64,000 nt of DNA from Promethearchaeota archaeon (GTDB lineage Archaea; Asgardarchaeota; Lokiarchaeia; Sigyniarchaeales; SOKP01), in contig JBHLNZ010000007.1 in the NCBI GenBank assembly GCA_048941015.1, positions 1 through 64,000 on the forward strand. The letters run 5' to 3'. How positions within the stretch are numbered: position 1 is the stretch's first letter; every line of letters begins with the position of its first letter. Under the pieces are notes generated by a model. That model ran no database searches and was not told the origin of the DNA. It saw only the letters and a list, made by a program, of their open reading frames with translations. This document shows positions 1-9,019 of the stretch, piece by piece. Made by a program: the position numbers and the translations under genes.

Positions 1-314
1 GATTATGTTGCCGATTTTAGAAATAATCTTATTTTATCCTTTAATAAAATTTTTTTAAAATTTATATTTCACTGAAATTTTCAAGAAATTTTGAATAAAA
101 GAAAGTAAGATTCAAAAAATTTTTTAACTTTGTTACATTCTAGTTCTCACTAAGTAGAAAATATAATTCTAAAAGACTTAGGACGCAAATTAAAGCGGTT
201 TCAATATAGTATAGATATTGAAATGAATTTAACATCCATTAACCTTAATTTCGCATTCTTAGCCTTTAGAATATATTTTTAATTAAAAAATATAAGACAA
301 TACGGTGAAAATAT

Positions 315-841
315 GTGAGCGAAAAAGGAAAAGTTGTCGTAAAGGCTCTCGTGACAGGTGGAAGTGCTTCAGGTGGACCACCTATAGGTCCGGCTGTAAA
401 ATAATTCGTCTAGAATATTTAGTTAAAGGACCTACAGGTATCAATATTAAAGATGTGGTCGACGCAGTTAACGAGAAAACTATGATCTTTAGAGGTTTGA
501 CCGTTCCAGTTAGAATTGAGTGTGATCCTGAAACAAAAGGATTCGAGATTTTTGTTGAAACTCCTTCTACTGCATCATTGCTTCTCAAGGAATTAGGTGC
601 TGAAAAGGGAAGTGCTGCTTCTTCAGAAACAAAGGTGGGTAATTTAACATTAGACCAAATAATGAATGTTGTTGAAGCTAAAAAAGATACCTTTTTAGAA
701 AAAACGTACAAAGCTGCAGTTAAAACAGTGTTAGGTACAGCATTATCAATTGGAGCTACTGTTGAAGGCGAGGATCCACGTAAAATTCAAAAAATGATTG
801 ACGATGGAGATTATGATGATAAAATTAAGGGGGAGATATAA
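315..841 (+). CDS. rpl11: 50S ribosomal protein uL11, spliced: join(315..397,427..841), 165 aa
   Basis: GTG at 315 (after SD-like GGTGA at 304-308) reads MSEKGKVVVKALVTGGSASGGPPIGPAV, then TAA at 402-404. The L11 remainder (GPTGINIKDVVDAVNEKT...GNLTLDQI...GTALSIG) continues in another frame from 428. First gene of L11-L1-L10-L12. Confidence 0.93.
398..426 (+). other. 29-nt bulge-helix-bulge (BHB) intron in rpl11 mRNA
   Basis: Exon helix TAGGTCC(385-391)/GGACCTA(428-434); central helix GGCT(392-395)/AGTT(421-424); 3-nt bulges GTA(396-398) and AAA(425-427); intron helix AAATA(399-403)/TATTT(416-420). Cutting after the second nt of each bulge restores the frame. Confidence 0.88.
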
Positions 842-844
842 ATT

Positions 845-1573
845 ATGAAAATCGATGATAAATTGTTAAAAAAGTCTGTAAATGCTGCTATACAAATGTC
901 TGTAATCAAAAAAAAAGGATTAAAAGATAAAATAAGAAATTTTGATGAAACTATTGATTTCATAGTTAATTTAAAAGATCTCAATTTGAATGATCCAAAA
1001 CAAAGAATTGACAAAGAAATAATATTACCTTACAATGTTGTGTCAAAAAATCTACCAAATTTATGTGTTATCGCTTCTGATGAAATTTTATTGGAAGCTA
1101 AAAAGCTTGGTCTCGACACCCTTGATGAGGAGGGTTTAGTTAAACTTAATAATGAAGAGAAAAAATATAAGAAAAAATTTGTAAAGAAGTATGATTATTT
1201 TGTTGTAGAAGATAAAATGATGCCAAATGTGGCTCGATATCTAGCAAGATTCTTAGGTCCTATTGGAAAAATGCCAAAACCTTTTCCAAGTGGATATGGT
1301 ATTATTTCAAATCCTGAAGATCTAAAGGTTGCTATAGAAAGGTATTTAAAAATAGTTCGCATTCAATTGAAGAAATCTCCACAGGTACAAGTTAAAGTTG
1401 GAAAAAAATCAATGGAAAATGAAAAAATTTTCGAAAATACGAAAGCAGTTGTAGATTATATTGCTGATCAAATGCCTCATAAATATAATAATATTAAGTC
1501 GATGTTTTTGAAAACAACAATGGGTCATCCAATAAAAGTGGATGAGCAATATTTAAAGAGTATAGAGGTGTAA
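845..1573 (+). CDS. rpl1: 50S ribosomal protein uL1
   Basis: RNFDETIDFIVNL, LGPIGKMPKP and KTTMG motifs; operon context. Confidence 0.96.
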   Translation: MKIDDKLLKKSVNAAIQMSVIKKKGLKDKIRNFDETIDFIVNLKDLNLNDPKQRIDKEIILPYNVVSKNLPNLCVIASDEILLEAKKLGLDTLDEEGLVKLNNEEKKYKKKFVKKYDYFVVEDKMMPNVARYLARFLGPIGKMPKPFPSGYGIISNPEDLKVAIERYLKIVRIQLKKSPQVQVKVGKKSMENEKIFENTKAVVDYIADQMPHKYNNIKSMFLKTTMGHPIKVDEQYLKSIEV

Positions 1574-1577
1574 AAGA

Positions 1578-2546
1578 TTGATTGGAAAGAAAGATATACC
1601 TCAATGGAAATCAGATGAAGTAGCTCAATTGGTTGATTTATGTAATCAATATAAAACTATAGCTATTATAGAGGTTGCAAAATTAAATGACAAACAAATT
1701 CAAGAAATGCGAAAAATTTTACGAGGAAAAGCAATAATAAGAATGTCTAAAAAGAATCTACAATTAAGAGCTATAGAAAAGTTTAAAAATGAGTCTAAGA
1801 AAAAGAATTTAGAAGAATTAGAAAGAAATATCCCTGGACAAGCTGCACTTTGTTTTACTAACATGGATATCTTTGAATTAAAACAAGTGTTTAATAATAA
1901 CCTCAGGATGGTCCCAGCTAAGCCTGATGAAATTACACCTGTAGATATATGGGTTCCTGCTGGTGACACAGGTTTACCAACAGGTCAAGTTATATCTGAG
2001 TTAAATATGACTTTAAGATTACCAACACGGATTCAAAACGATACAATTTGGGTTAGAGAGGACACTCAAACTCACAAAGCGGGAGATTTTGTAAACGTTA
2101 AACAAGCGGCAGTATTAAAAAAATTAGGAATAAATCCAATTAAATCTTTAATAAGAATAAAATTTGCATGGAGCGATGGAGATATATTTTCAGAAGATAT
2201 AATCTACATGGATATTGAAGAATTACAGAAAGATTTTATTTTAGCTTATAGTTCTGCTCAGAAACTTGCTTTAGAAATAGGAATAATTGATGATGAAACT
2301 ATAAAACCCTTAATGCAAAAGGCTTATAGAGAAAGTTTAGCTGTTCTTTTTGAATTGCCAATATATTTCGAAGAATTGAAGAATGAGTACTTTGCAAGAG
2401 CAATTGCTAATGCAAATCTTTTAAATTCAATGATTTTTGGAGAAGGTATACAAGCAACGTTAAAAAAAGAAGAAAAACAAGAAAAAGGAAAAGAAGCAAA
2501 AGAAGAACCTGAGGAAGAAGTTGGGATAGGTTCATTATTTGGATAA
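1578..2546 (+). CDS. rpl10: 50S ribosomal protein uL10 (P0), TTG start
   Basis: IPQWK N-terminus, VPAGDTG, acidic C-terminus ending GIGSLFG. Confidence 0.96.
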   Translation: MIGKKDIPQWKSDEVAQLVDLCNQYKTIAIIEVAKLNDKQIQEMRKILRGKAIIRMSKKNLQLRAIEKFKNESKKKNLEELERNIPGQAALCFTNMDIFELKQVFNNNLRMVPAKPDEITPVDIWVPAGDTGLPTGQVISELNMTLRLPTRIQNDTIWVREDTQTHKAGDFVNVKQAAVLKKLGINPIKSLIRIKFAWSDGDIFSEDIIYMDIEELQKDFILAYSSAQKLALEIGIIDDETIKPLMQKAYRESLAVLFELPIYFEELKNEYFARAIANANLLNSMIFGEGIQATLKKEEKQEKGKEAKEEPEEEVGIGSLFG

Positions 2547-2625
2547 TAAAAATTAATATACTTTTTTGAAGATATAAAGAAAATTAAAAATTAATAATTA
2601 AAAATGAGAAAAAGAGGTTAAAAAA

Positions 2626-2922
2626 ATGGAAAATGTTTATGCTGCTCTCTTACTTCATAAATTAGGTGGCAAAATCACTGAAGCAAACTTAGAAAAAGTT
2701 TTAAAAGCAGCGGGTGCAGAAGTCGATAAAGCGTCATTAACAAAGTTAGTTGCTGGCTTAAAGGGAGCTGATATCGATAAGATACTTAAATCTGCTGTAA
2801 CTCCAGTAATGACTGCTCCAGCAATTAGTGGAGAAGCTGCTAAAGTGGCACCAAAAGAAGAAAAGAAGAAAGAAGAGGAAACAGAAGAAGAGGAACCTAC
2901 AGGTATTGGAAGTTTGTTCTAA
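2626..2922 (+). CDS. rpl12: Ribosomal stalk protein aP1 (L12p)
   Basis: MENVYAALLLH start, Ala-rich hinge, EEEEPTGIGSLF end. Confidence 0.96.
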   Translation: MENVYAALLLHKLGGKITEANLEKVLKAAGAEVDKASLTKLVAGLKGADIDKILKSAVTPVMTAPAISGEAAKVAPKEEKKKEEETEEEEPTGIGSLF

Positions 2923-3022
2923 ATGGATTATCATTTTCATCATGTTTTGCACGACTCCCTCATACCATCTCAAACTTTGAATTTTATATTAAAAGTGCGA
3001 TGATTTGTAGGAAAAAAATTAA

Positions 3023-3042
3023 TTTTTTATTTTTTATTTTTT
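3023..3042 (+). terminator. Oligo-T tract, likely terminator of the L11-L1-L10-L12 operon
   Basis: Repeated T6 runs about 100 nt after the rpl12 stop. Confidence 0.4.
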
Positions 3043-3234
3043 AGTAACTTATAAAATCAATCAAATGGAATAAAATTTGAATTTGTTAATCATAAAATTA
3101 TTTAAACAAATAGAAGCTTAAATCAAAAACTTTTTTTTGAAATTCAAATTTTTTTTAGTTACATTCATCTATTTTAAATACTTAAAAATAACATAATTAT
3201 TAACAATTCAGAATTAGTTTAACAGTGAGCTCCC

Positions 3235-4692
3235 ATGGCTGGTAAGTTTCTAAAATTTTTCGCTCCATTTGTTCGTGTAATGCCTGAAATTAAACAACCT
3301 CAAAGGGAGGTAAGTTTTAAAGAGAAATTTATATGGACCGCTGTTGTATTAATTGTTTACTTAATAATGTCAAATATCCAATTGTTTGGAGTCAATGTAG
3401 CAGATACAACTGATTATTATTACTGGTTAAGAGTAATTTTAGCGAGTCAGAGAGGTACCCTTACAGAATTAGGTATTGGCCCTATTGTTACAGCAGGACT
3501 AATTATGCAGTTATTATTGGGTTCAAGGATAATAAAAGTTGATATGAGCGATCCTTACGATAGAGCTATGTTTAGTGGAGCTCAAAAAGTATTTGCAATG
3601 ATATTAACGATTATTAATACCGTGTCTTATCTTTTAGGAGGTGCTTTTGGAGCTTTAGATCAATTAGGTATAGTAAATGCCACTTTTATCTTCCTGCAAT
3701 TACTTTTTGCAGGTTTAATTATTATTCTTTTAGATGAGCTATTACAAAAAGGATGGGGTCTTGGAAGTGGCGTCTCTTTATTTATAGCAGCAGGAGTTTC
3801 AGGTCAAATATTCTGGAATAGTTTTAGTTTTATACAGGGTCCTGATGGTGCCGCAAGAGGAATTCTAGTTGCATTCATTCAAGCCTTTACTGATCCTGAT
3901 GTAAATTTGGGAGATTTGTTCTTAAGACCAGCTTTACCATCAATATTAGGAAGTATTACAACGCTACTTATTTTCACTATTGTTATCTGGTTTGAATCTA
4001 CTCGAGTCGAAATCCCATTGACATATAGAGGTTATCGCGGTTTTAAAGGTAAATATCCAATGAAACTATTATATGTATCTAACATTCCTGTTATTCTTGT
4101 GAATGCTTTGTATGCTAATTTTCTATTCTTTGGTCAATTAATTGCAGGTCCAAATTCAGGTTTACGCAATTCGAATACAGAATTTTGGCTTGATTTACTG
4201 GGTAAGTTTGAACAATCATCTGCTGGTGTTTCTCAGGGTAATTATCTTGTTCCAACTGGAGGTTTACTCTATTATCTCTCACCACCTCAGGGAATTGAAG
4301 CGTTATTAAACGATCCTTTGAGAGGAATCATATATTTAGTCATATTCATTTTTCTCTGTGTAATGCTTGGCCGAGTATGGGTTGAAGTTAGCGGACTCGC
4401 TCCAAGAGATATTGCAGGTCAAATAATTGATTCTGGAATGTCTGTACCAGGATTTAGGACCTCTGAAAGAATAATTGAAAGAATTTTAAAAAGATATATA
4501 CCAACTTTGGTAATCTTGAATGGTATTATTATAGCAGTAATGAGTTTCTTTGCAGATTCTCTAGGAGCATTAACTTCAGGTACAGGACTTTTAATTGCTA
4601 TCGGGATTGTACATCAGTATGCTGAAACAATTAGTAAAGAGGTCGCAGCGAGTCAATATCCTGGCATGAGAGCTTTTCTTGGATTAGATTAA
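3235..4692 (+). CDS. secY: Preprotein translocase SecY/Sec61-alpha
   Basis: GTLTELGIGPIVTAGLIMQLL, GLGSGVSLFIA, YPMKLLYVSNIP; about 10 TM segments. Confidence 0.97.
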   Translation: MAGKFLKFFAPFVRVMPEIKQPQREVSFKEKFIWTAVVLIVYLIMSNIQLFGVNVADTTDYYYWLRVILASQRGTLTELGIGPIVTAGLIMQLLLGSRIIKVDMSDPYDRAMFSGAQKVFAMILTIINTVSYLLGGAFGALDQLGIVNATFIFLQLLFAGLIIILLDELLQKGWGLGSGVSLFIAAGVSGQIFWNSFSFIQGPDGAARGILVAFIQAFTDPDVNLGDLFLRPALPSILGSITTLLIFTIVIWFESTRVEIPLTYRGYRGFKGKYPMKLLYVSNIPVILVNALYANFLFFGQLIAGPNSGLRNSNTEFWLDLLGKFEQSSAGVSQGNYLVPTGGLLYYLSPPQGIEALLNDPLRGIIYLVIFIFLCVMLGRVWVEVSGLAPRDIAGQIIDSGMSVPGFRTSERIIERILKRYIPTLVILNGIIIAVMSFFADSLGALTSGTGLLIAIGIVHQYAETISKEVAASQYPGMRAFLGLD

Positions 4693-4893
4693 GGCAAATC
4701 ATTTTATACTTTTTATATTTATTTCTTAATCATTACGAAAAATACTTTATATATTCAACTTCCTCTCTGTTTTTATGTTTTAAAAAAACAAAGTCTCAAA
4801 AATATCTATAAGCTATCGCAGAAATAATTAATTATAAATCTATAAATTAATATGAAACATTTAAAATTGTATTAAAATTATCTAAATATAAGT

Positions 4894-5580
4894 ATGTTTT
4901 TTATTATTGCGCAAGGAGCAAATGCTTTCGTAGAATGGATTACATATCCGCCGGGTTCAATGATATTCATCCTTCTATTAGCTACAGGTACTGCGCTCAT
5001 TAGTACTGGTTTAACAAAATGGCTTGTTGATACCGATGAGATTAATAGAAAACAGGTTTTGATGAAAGCACATCAAGAGGAAAAAGCCAAAATAATTGAA
5101 ATTGCTGAGATAGACCCAGAACGTTATAGAAAATTACGGAAGAGATGGGAACGTAAAGATGAAATGTTTAAGCAAACACAACAAAAAATGGGTCTACAAA
5201 GATTAAAACCAACATGTATAACGTTCCTTCCTATGATTATTATATTTGGAGTATTAAGATCAATATATTATCCTGGAGGACTTCCTTACCCTGTTGCTTT
5301 ATCACCAATGAATGCAAATGATGTACCCCTAATTGGACAAATGTTGTCAGCTCGAACTGGTAATAATATTTTTCCTTGGACATTATTCGTTTATGGAATT
5401 GAATTAATCATTACAATAGATTTTGGATGGATAAATTTTACAGCATGGTATTTTCTTTGTAGTTTTGGTATCAACACACTTATCCAGAGACTTTTAAGAT
5501 TACAAACCCAAGCAGTTGGTAGTATGGAACAGATGATGGGAGGAACACGAGCAAAAGCATTAGAATTTCCTAATATTTAG
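4894..5580 (+). CDS. EMC3/TMCO1 (DUF106, Oxa1-superfamily) membrane insertase
   Basis: TM, coiled coil, LKPTCITFLP, and WYFLCSF motif; follows secY as in other archaea. Confidence 0.85.
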   Translation: MFFIIAQGANAFVEWITYPPGSMIFILLLATGTALISTGLTKWLVDTDEINRKQVLMKAHQEEKAKIIEIAEIDPERYRKLRKRWERKDEMFKQTQQKMGLQRLKPTCITFLPMIIIFGVLRSIYYPGGLPYPVALSPMNANDVPLIGQMLSARTGNNIFPWTLFVYGIELIITIDFGWINFTAWYFLCSFGINTLIQRLLRLQTQAVGSMEQMMGGTRAKALEFPNI

Positions 5581-5667
5581 TATTTTTTTTGTAACCTAGA
5601 TCTATATTATCTATTTCTTAAATTTAGGATTAATAGTAATTATAAGGAATAGAAAAAGTTAAAAAAG

Positions 5668-5795
5668 CGCAACGGGAGGGACTTTCGAGTGTCACGTAGT
5701 GTGATTATTTTCGAACCCCCGAGTGCAAAGCACACGGGCTTTCTGGAAGAATAATAACTCCAAGCCCGCGCCGTACCAGGCTAGGCAACCGTTGC
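5668..5795 (-). tRNA. tRNA-Ser(GGA) with two introns (37/38: 5757-5741, 17 nt; 59/60: 5709-5682, 28 nt)
   Basis: Acceptor GCAACGG/CCGTTGC with G73, anticodon stem CGGGC/GCCCG, spliced loop TTGGAGA, long variable arm GTGC-TTT-GCAC; 4-bp central helices TTGG/CCAG and TTCG/CGAA. Confidence 0.92.
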
Positions 5796-5839
5796 ACTTC
5801 AATTTATTAATTTTTATTTTTAAATTACAGATCTTCTTG

Positions 5840-6127
5840 TTATTTAGTTGGGATGGGAACAGTTTCATTCATTTTTTTTTCTAATTTTGCTTTTTTGATT
5901 GCTGCTGTTATATCATTATGAGAGGCTCCTTTTTTTATAGCAACTGTTTCTTCTATTGGTTCAATATGCTTATAATTTGCTCTTCTTCTTCTCACTTTTA
6001 AGCCATCTATCAAAATGTAATTTTTATCAATGATATCTACAACAACACAATAATGTCCTGCTTCTCTTCCCATTGTTTTGACACAAATCCTTCCTATATC
6101 ATAAACGCTCATATAATTTGTCACCAA
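5840..6127 (-). CDS. rpl14e: Ribosomal protein eL14 (likely start ATG 6112)
   Basis: IGRICVKTMGREAG and RRRANYKHIEP; follows cmk. Confidence 0.93.
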   Translation of the reverse strand: MVTNYMSVYDIGRICVKTMGREAGHYCVVVDIIDKNYILIDGLKVRRRRANYKHIEPIEETVAIKKGASHNDITAAIKKAKLEKKMNETVPIPTK

Positions 6128-6221
6128 ATTATCTAAATAAATATATACTTACTGATTTTTTTAGTCAGTAAAAATGAACATATCTTTAGTAAATTAAGAA
6201 ATAAATTTAGAAATAAATTTT

Positions 6222-6782
6222 TTATGGTTTTTTATTCTTAGCTTCTTTAAAAATAGAAATAATTTTTTCTAATACTTCTTCAACAGTTAAATTTTCAGTA
6301 TCAATTACTAAATCGTGTAATGCATATATAGTATTAATATCACTTAAATCTATATTATATAATTCTTTGTAACGCTTTAGTTCTGAAGTTTCTCTAAGTA
6401 ATGTTTCCTTTAATTTTTTTTGAAAGGAACTCTCATCTCTGTCAGTCATTCTTTTGACTCTTGATTCTATAGAACATTTCAGATGAATTTTAAAATCAGC
6501 AATGGAATTTAGGATATGACCACTCAATTGACTATCAATTATTATGTTATCTTCTTTTGCTTTCTCAATGGTCTTTTCATCCAATTCTCTATCGATTTCA
6601 GGATGGTTTTCAACATATTTTGAGAATTCTTCTAAACTCATGTTTTTTTTCTTTGCAAATTCTCTAAATATTTCTCCAGTGGAGTAATATTGTAAGCCAA
6701 ATTTTTCTGCAAGTAATTTTGCAATTGTTGATTTTCCAGTCCCATGGAGTCCTGAAATTGCAATAATCATTTTTGAATTCAA
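6222..6782 (-). CDS. cmk: Cytidylate kinase, archaeal type
   Basis: ISGLHGTGKST P-loop, GEIFREFAK, HPEIDRELD; lies between L34e and L14e. Confidence 0.92.
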   Translation of the reverse strand: MNSKMIIAISGLHGTGKSTIAKLLAEKFGLQYYSTGEIFREFAKKKNMSLEEFSKYVENHPEIDRELDEKTIEKAKEDNIIIDSQLSGHILNSIADFKIHLKCSIESRVKRMTDRDESSFQKKLKETLLRETSELKRYKELYNIDLSDINTIYALHDLVIDTENLTVEEVLEKIISIFKEAKNKKP

Positions 6783-6875
6783 TACTATTGAATAATTTCT
6801 AAAAGAAAAATCTAAGTTTTTTTATATATAAAAAACTATTATACCAAATTTTTTTAAAGAAAATTCAGGGAATCG

Positions 6876-7151
6876 TTAAATTTTTGTACTCCAAACCTTT
6901 TCTTTAATAAGATTTTGTAAGCATTTAGAACAGTACTTTCCACTTTCTATACGATTAGCTCTTCTAGAAGTAAGATTTGTTTGTTTCATCCTACGTGTTT
7001 TCAATCTTGGGATTGATTGGAGAGGTTTTTTACAAATAGAACAGTGGGCTTTTTTAGGTTTCCTTCTCCAATAATGCGTTACATTTTTATTTCCAGGAGT
7101 CTTTAAACCTTTTCGAGCTTGTGCCTTTGATCGTAAACCTGGTCTTGGCAA
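6876..7151 (-). CDS. rpl34e: Ribosomal protein eL34, TTG start
   Basis: MPRP start, KTPG, CxxC...CxxC. Confidence 0.94.
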   Translation of the reverse strand: MPRPGLRSKAQARKGLKTPGNKNVTHYWRRKPKKAHCSICKKPLQSIPRLKTRRMKQTNLTSRRANRIESGKYCSKCLQNLIKEKVWSTKI

Positions 7152-7238
7152 AAAAAACTACCTTCTATTTCGTGTTCGAAGCAACTTTTATTAATTAAGA
7201 TTTCAAATAAATAAAACTTAATTAATTTTATGATTTTA

Positions 7239-7961
7239 CTAAATCTTCATATTTAATTTATTTATAAATTCTTTATAGATTTGGTACAAATCATTTCCTA
7301 TAGAATCTCTTAATTTTTGGCTTTTTTCAAGTTTATGAATATTCTTTGTAATATTTTTATCGATTTGTTTTACTTTAAAAGTAATTTGCTCCAAACCAGG
7401 AAATTTCTCCAAATTATTTATTAATTCTTTAGATAAATTTGTGATTAAATTGCTATTGATTACTTCTAATTTTAGAGCATCCAATAATGTGATAAAAGAA
7501 GATGTTATTTTAGAAGTAATTCCTGGAAGCTCAAACATGGAAGAGTTGAGACTTTTTGCGGGTTTTAATTTTATAATATAATTAGATTCTATAAAATCAT
7601 TATCAAAATTTACTGATGTGTAATTATTTATGATGTCTAGTGCTTCATAATATTTCTCTTTAAAATTCATTCTTTCTAACAATTCTAAAAGGAGCAAATT
7701 ATTCTCTTTCAAATTAAAGTTGATTCTCAATAAATCATTAAAAGAATTCTTAATAGATTTTTGAAAAAAAGAGTTTTTTAACTCACCATTTTGGAATTTT
7801 TGAAATAAGTTCAATATCAGATTTACGACGGCATAAATTTCGGACTCAATTTCTGAAAAGTTAGGAGTATGTATGTTTTTATCTTCGTTCATTTGAAGGA
7901 AAAAAGAAGAATTGAATATAATTATATAAAAAGAAGAGTTGGAGTTAATAAATTTATCCAA
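7239..7961 (-). CDS. Vps28-like ESCRT-I subunit (likely start ATG 7892)
   Basis: FITLLDALKL and terminal DLYQIYKEF match the Vps28 C-terminal four-helix bundle as recalled (FITxMDALKL...DLExAYxxF); N-terminal SEIYAVV helix. Confidence 0.75.
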   Translation of the reverse strand: MDKFINSNSSFYIIIFNSSFFLQMNEDKNIHTPNFSEIESEIYAVVNLILNLFQKFQNGELKNSFFQKSIKNSFNDLLRINFNLKENNLLLLELLERMNFKEKYYEALDIINNYTSVNFDNDFIESNYIIKLKPAKSLNSSMFELPGITSKITSSFITLLDALKLEVINSNLITNLSKELINNLEKFPGLEQITFKVKQIDKNITKNIHKLEKSQKLRDSIGNDLYQIYKEFINKLNMKI

Positions 7962-8862
7962 TAATAGTCGGACGTAAAAAATAAAATAATATAGCTACTA
8001 AAACTCCTATAATTAAAGATGAAATCAAAACTCTGAATGTAGAGGAATTTGATAGTTCTCTTATAGAGAGGGCGATCAAAAAGGGTACCCAGATAGCTAT
8101 CGTGAGCGCATCAATGATATGTAAAATGGTCCAAGTTGGGGAATTAAACATCGGATAGAATACTGATGGATTAAAAAAGCTACCATCTATAGATACAGTA
8201 GGAAATGCTGCTAATACAATTAAGATCTCTATTAAATTGATCAATAAAAAAGGAGTAAAAGCACAAAACATCATTTTATATTTATGTGCTTGTTGTTGTT
8301 GTAAAGTGCCTCCTCTATAAATACTAAAGGGACTCATTTCTTCTTCTCGATACTTTACTTCTTGTTGTCCTACTCCAAACCTTGCCTCTAATCTTTCAGA
8401 AAAATTCACTGCGATATTTGCTCCTCTTGAAAATAACCATATCATAATTACTCCAAAAATAAAATAAAAAATTGCTCCAAAAATAAAGAATGCTAAAAAA
8501 ATTGATAGATTATATAATAAAATAATGGGAGGAAAAGCAATATTAACTACATTAAAATGGGAGAAAAAAGCTAGTCCTAATAATCCATAAAGTAATGAAT
8601 TAAATAATAAAATATAATAACCAGGAGATTTTTCTCTTTTATGATTAATATCCCAAAAGGCTCTATTTGGTTTTATGAATAACCAAAAAACTTTTATATA
8701 CCATGGAGCTGGATTTATCCATTCAGATTCTATTCTTTTAAAAATCGAATAATTTTCTATTTTTTCAGTCCTTAATCTTTTACCACAGAAAGCACAAACA
8801 AAAGAATCTATTCGATTATCATTTCCGCATCTAGGACATCTATTGATTGCGGTCGAGGCCAT
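7954..8862 (-). CDS. Zinc-ribbon plus Yip1-like multi-pass membrane protein
   Basis: CPRCG...CAFCG at N-terminus; LFIKPNRAFWDI motif followed by about 5 TM helices. Confidence 0.6.
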   Translation of the reverse strand: MASTAINRCPRCGNDNRIDSFVCAFCGKRLRTEKIENYSIFKRIESEWINPAPWYIKVFWLFIKPNRAFWDINHKREKSPGYYILLFNSLLYGLLGLAFFSHFNVVNIAFPPIILLYNLSIFLAFFIFGAIFYFIFGVIMIWLFSRGANIAVNFSERLEARFGVGQQEVKYREEEMSPFSIYRGGTLQQQQAHKYKMMFCAFTPFLLINLIEILIVLAAFPTVSIDGSFFNPSVFYPMFNSPTWTILHIIDALTIAIWVPFLIALSIRELSNSSTFRVLISSLIIGVLVAILFYFLRPTIIG

Positions 8863-9019
8863 TTTAATTCAGTACTTTTTAAATTTTTATATAAGTCATA
8901 TAAATTTAATCATTTAAAAATTTCTTCAATAACTTAATTTTTAGTTTAGTGTATTATAAAACTCTTTTAATTTATTATATTATTATGAAAAAAGTATGAA
9001 TTCTATTTTATAGTACCTA

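Noticed and set aside
1-300. 3' end of spt5/nusG upstream of rpl11
   Set aside because: Only a DYV tripeptide at the window edge; not enough evidence.
398-426. Explaining the L11 break as a pseudogene, programmed frameshift or simple sequencing indel
   Set aside because: A frameshift would leave about 10 extra residues in the conserved PPxGPxxGP motif. Both halves are otherwise intact, and the BHB cut sites restore the motif exactly. Raw reads should still be checked.
305-427. ORF-track N-terminus MKICERKRKSC...LEYLVK for L11
   Set aside because: Out-of-frame reading of exon 1 plus the intron. Its GTG is part of the SD-like GGTGA, and the conserved L11 N-terminus is in the frame starting at 315.
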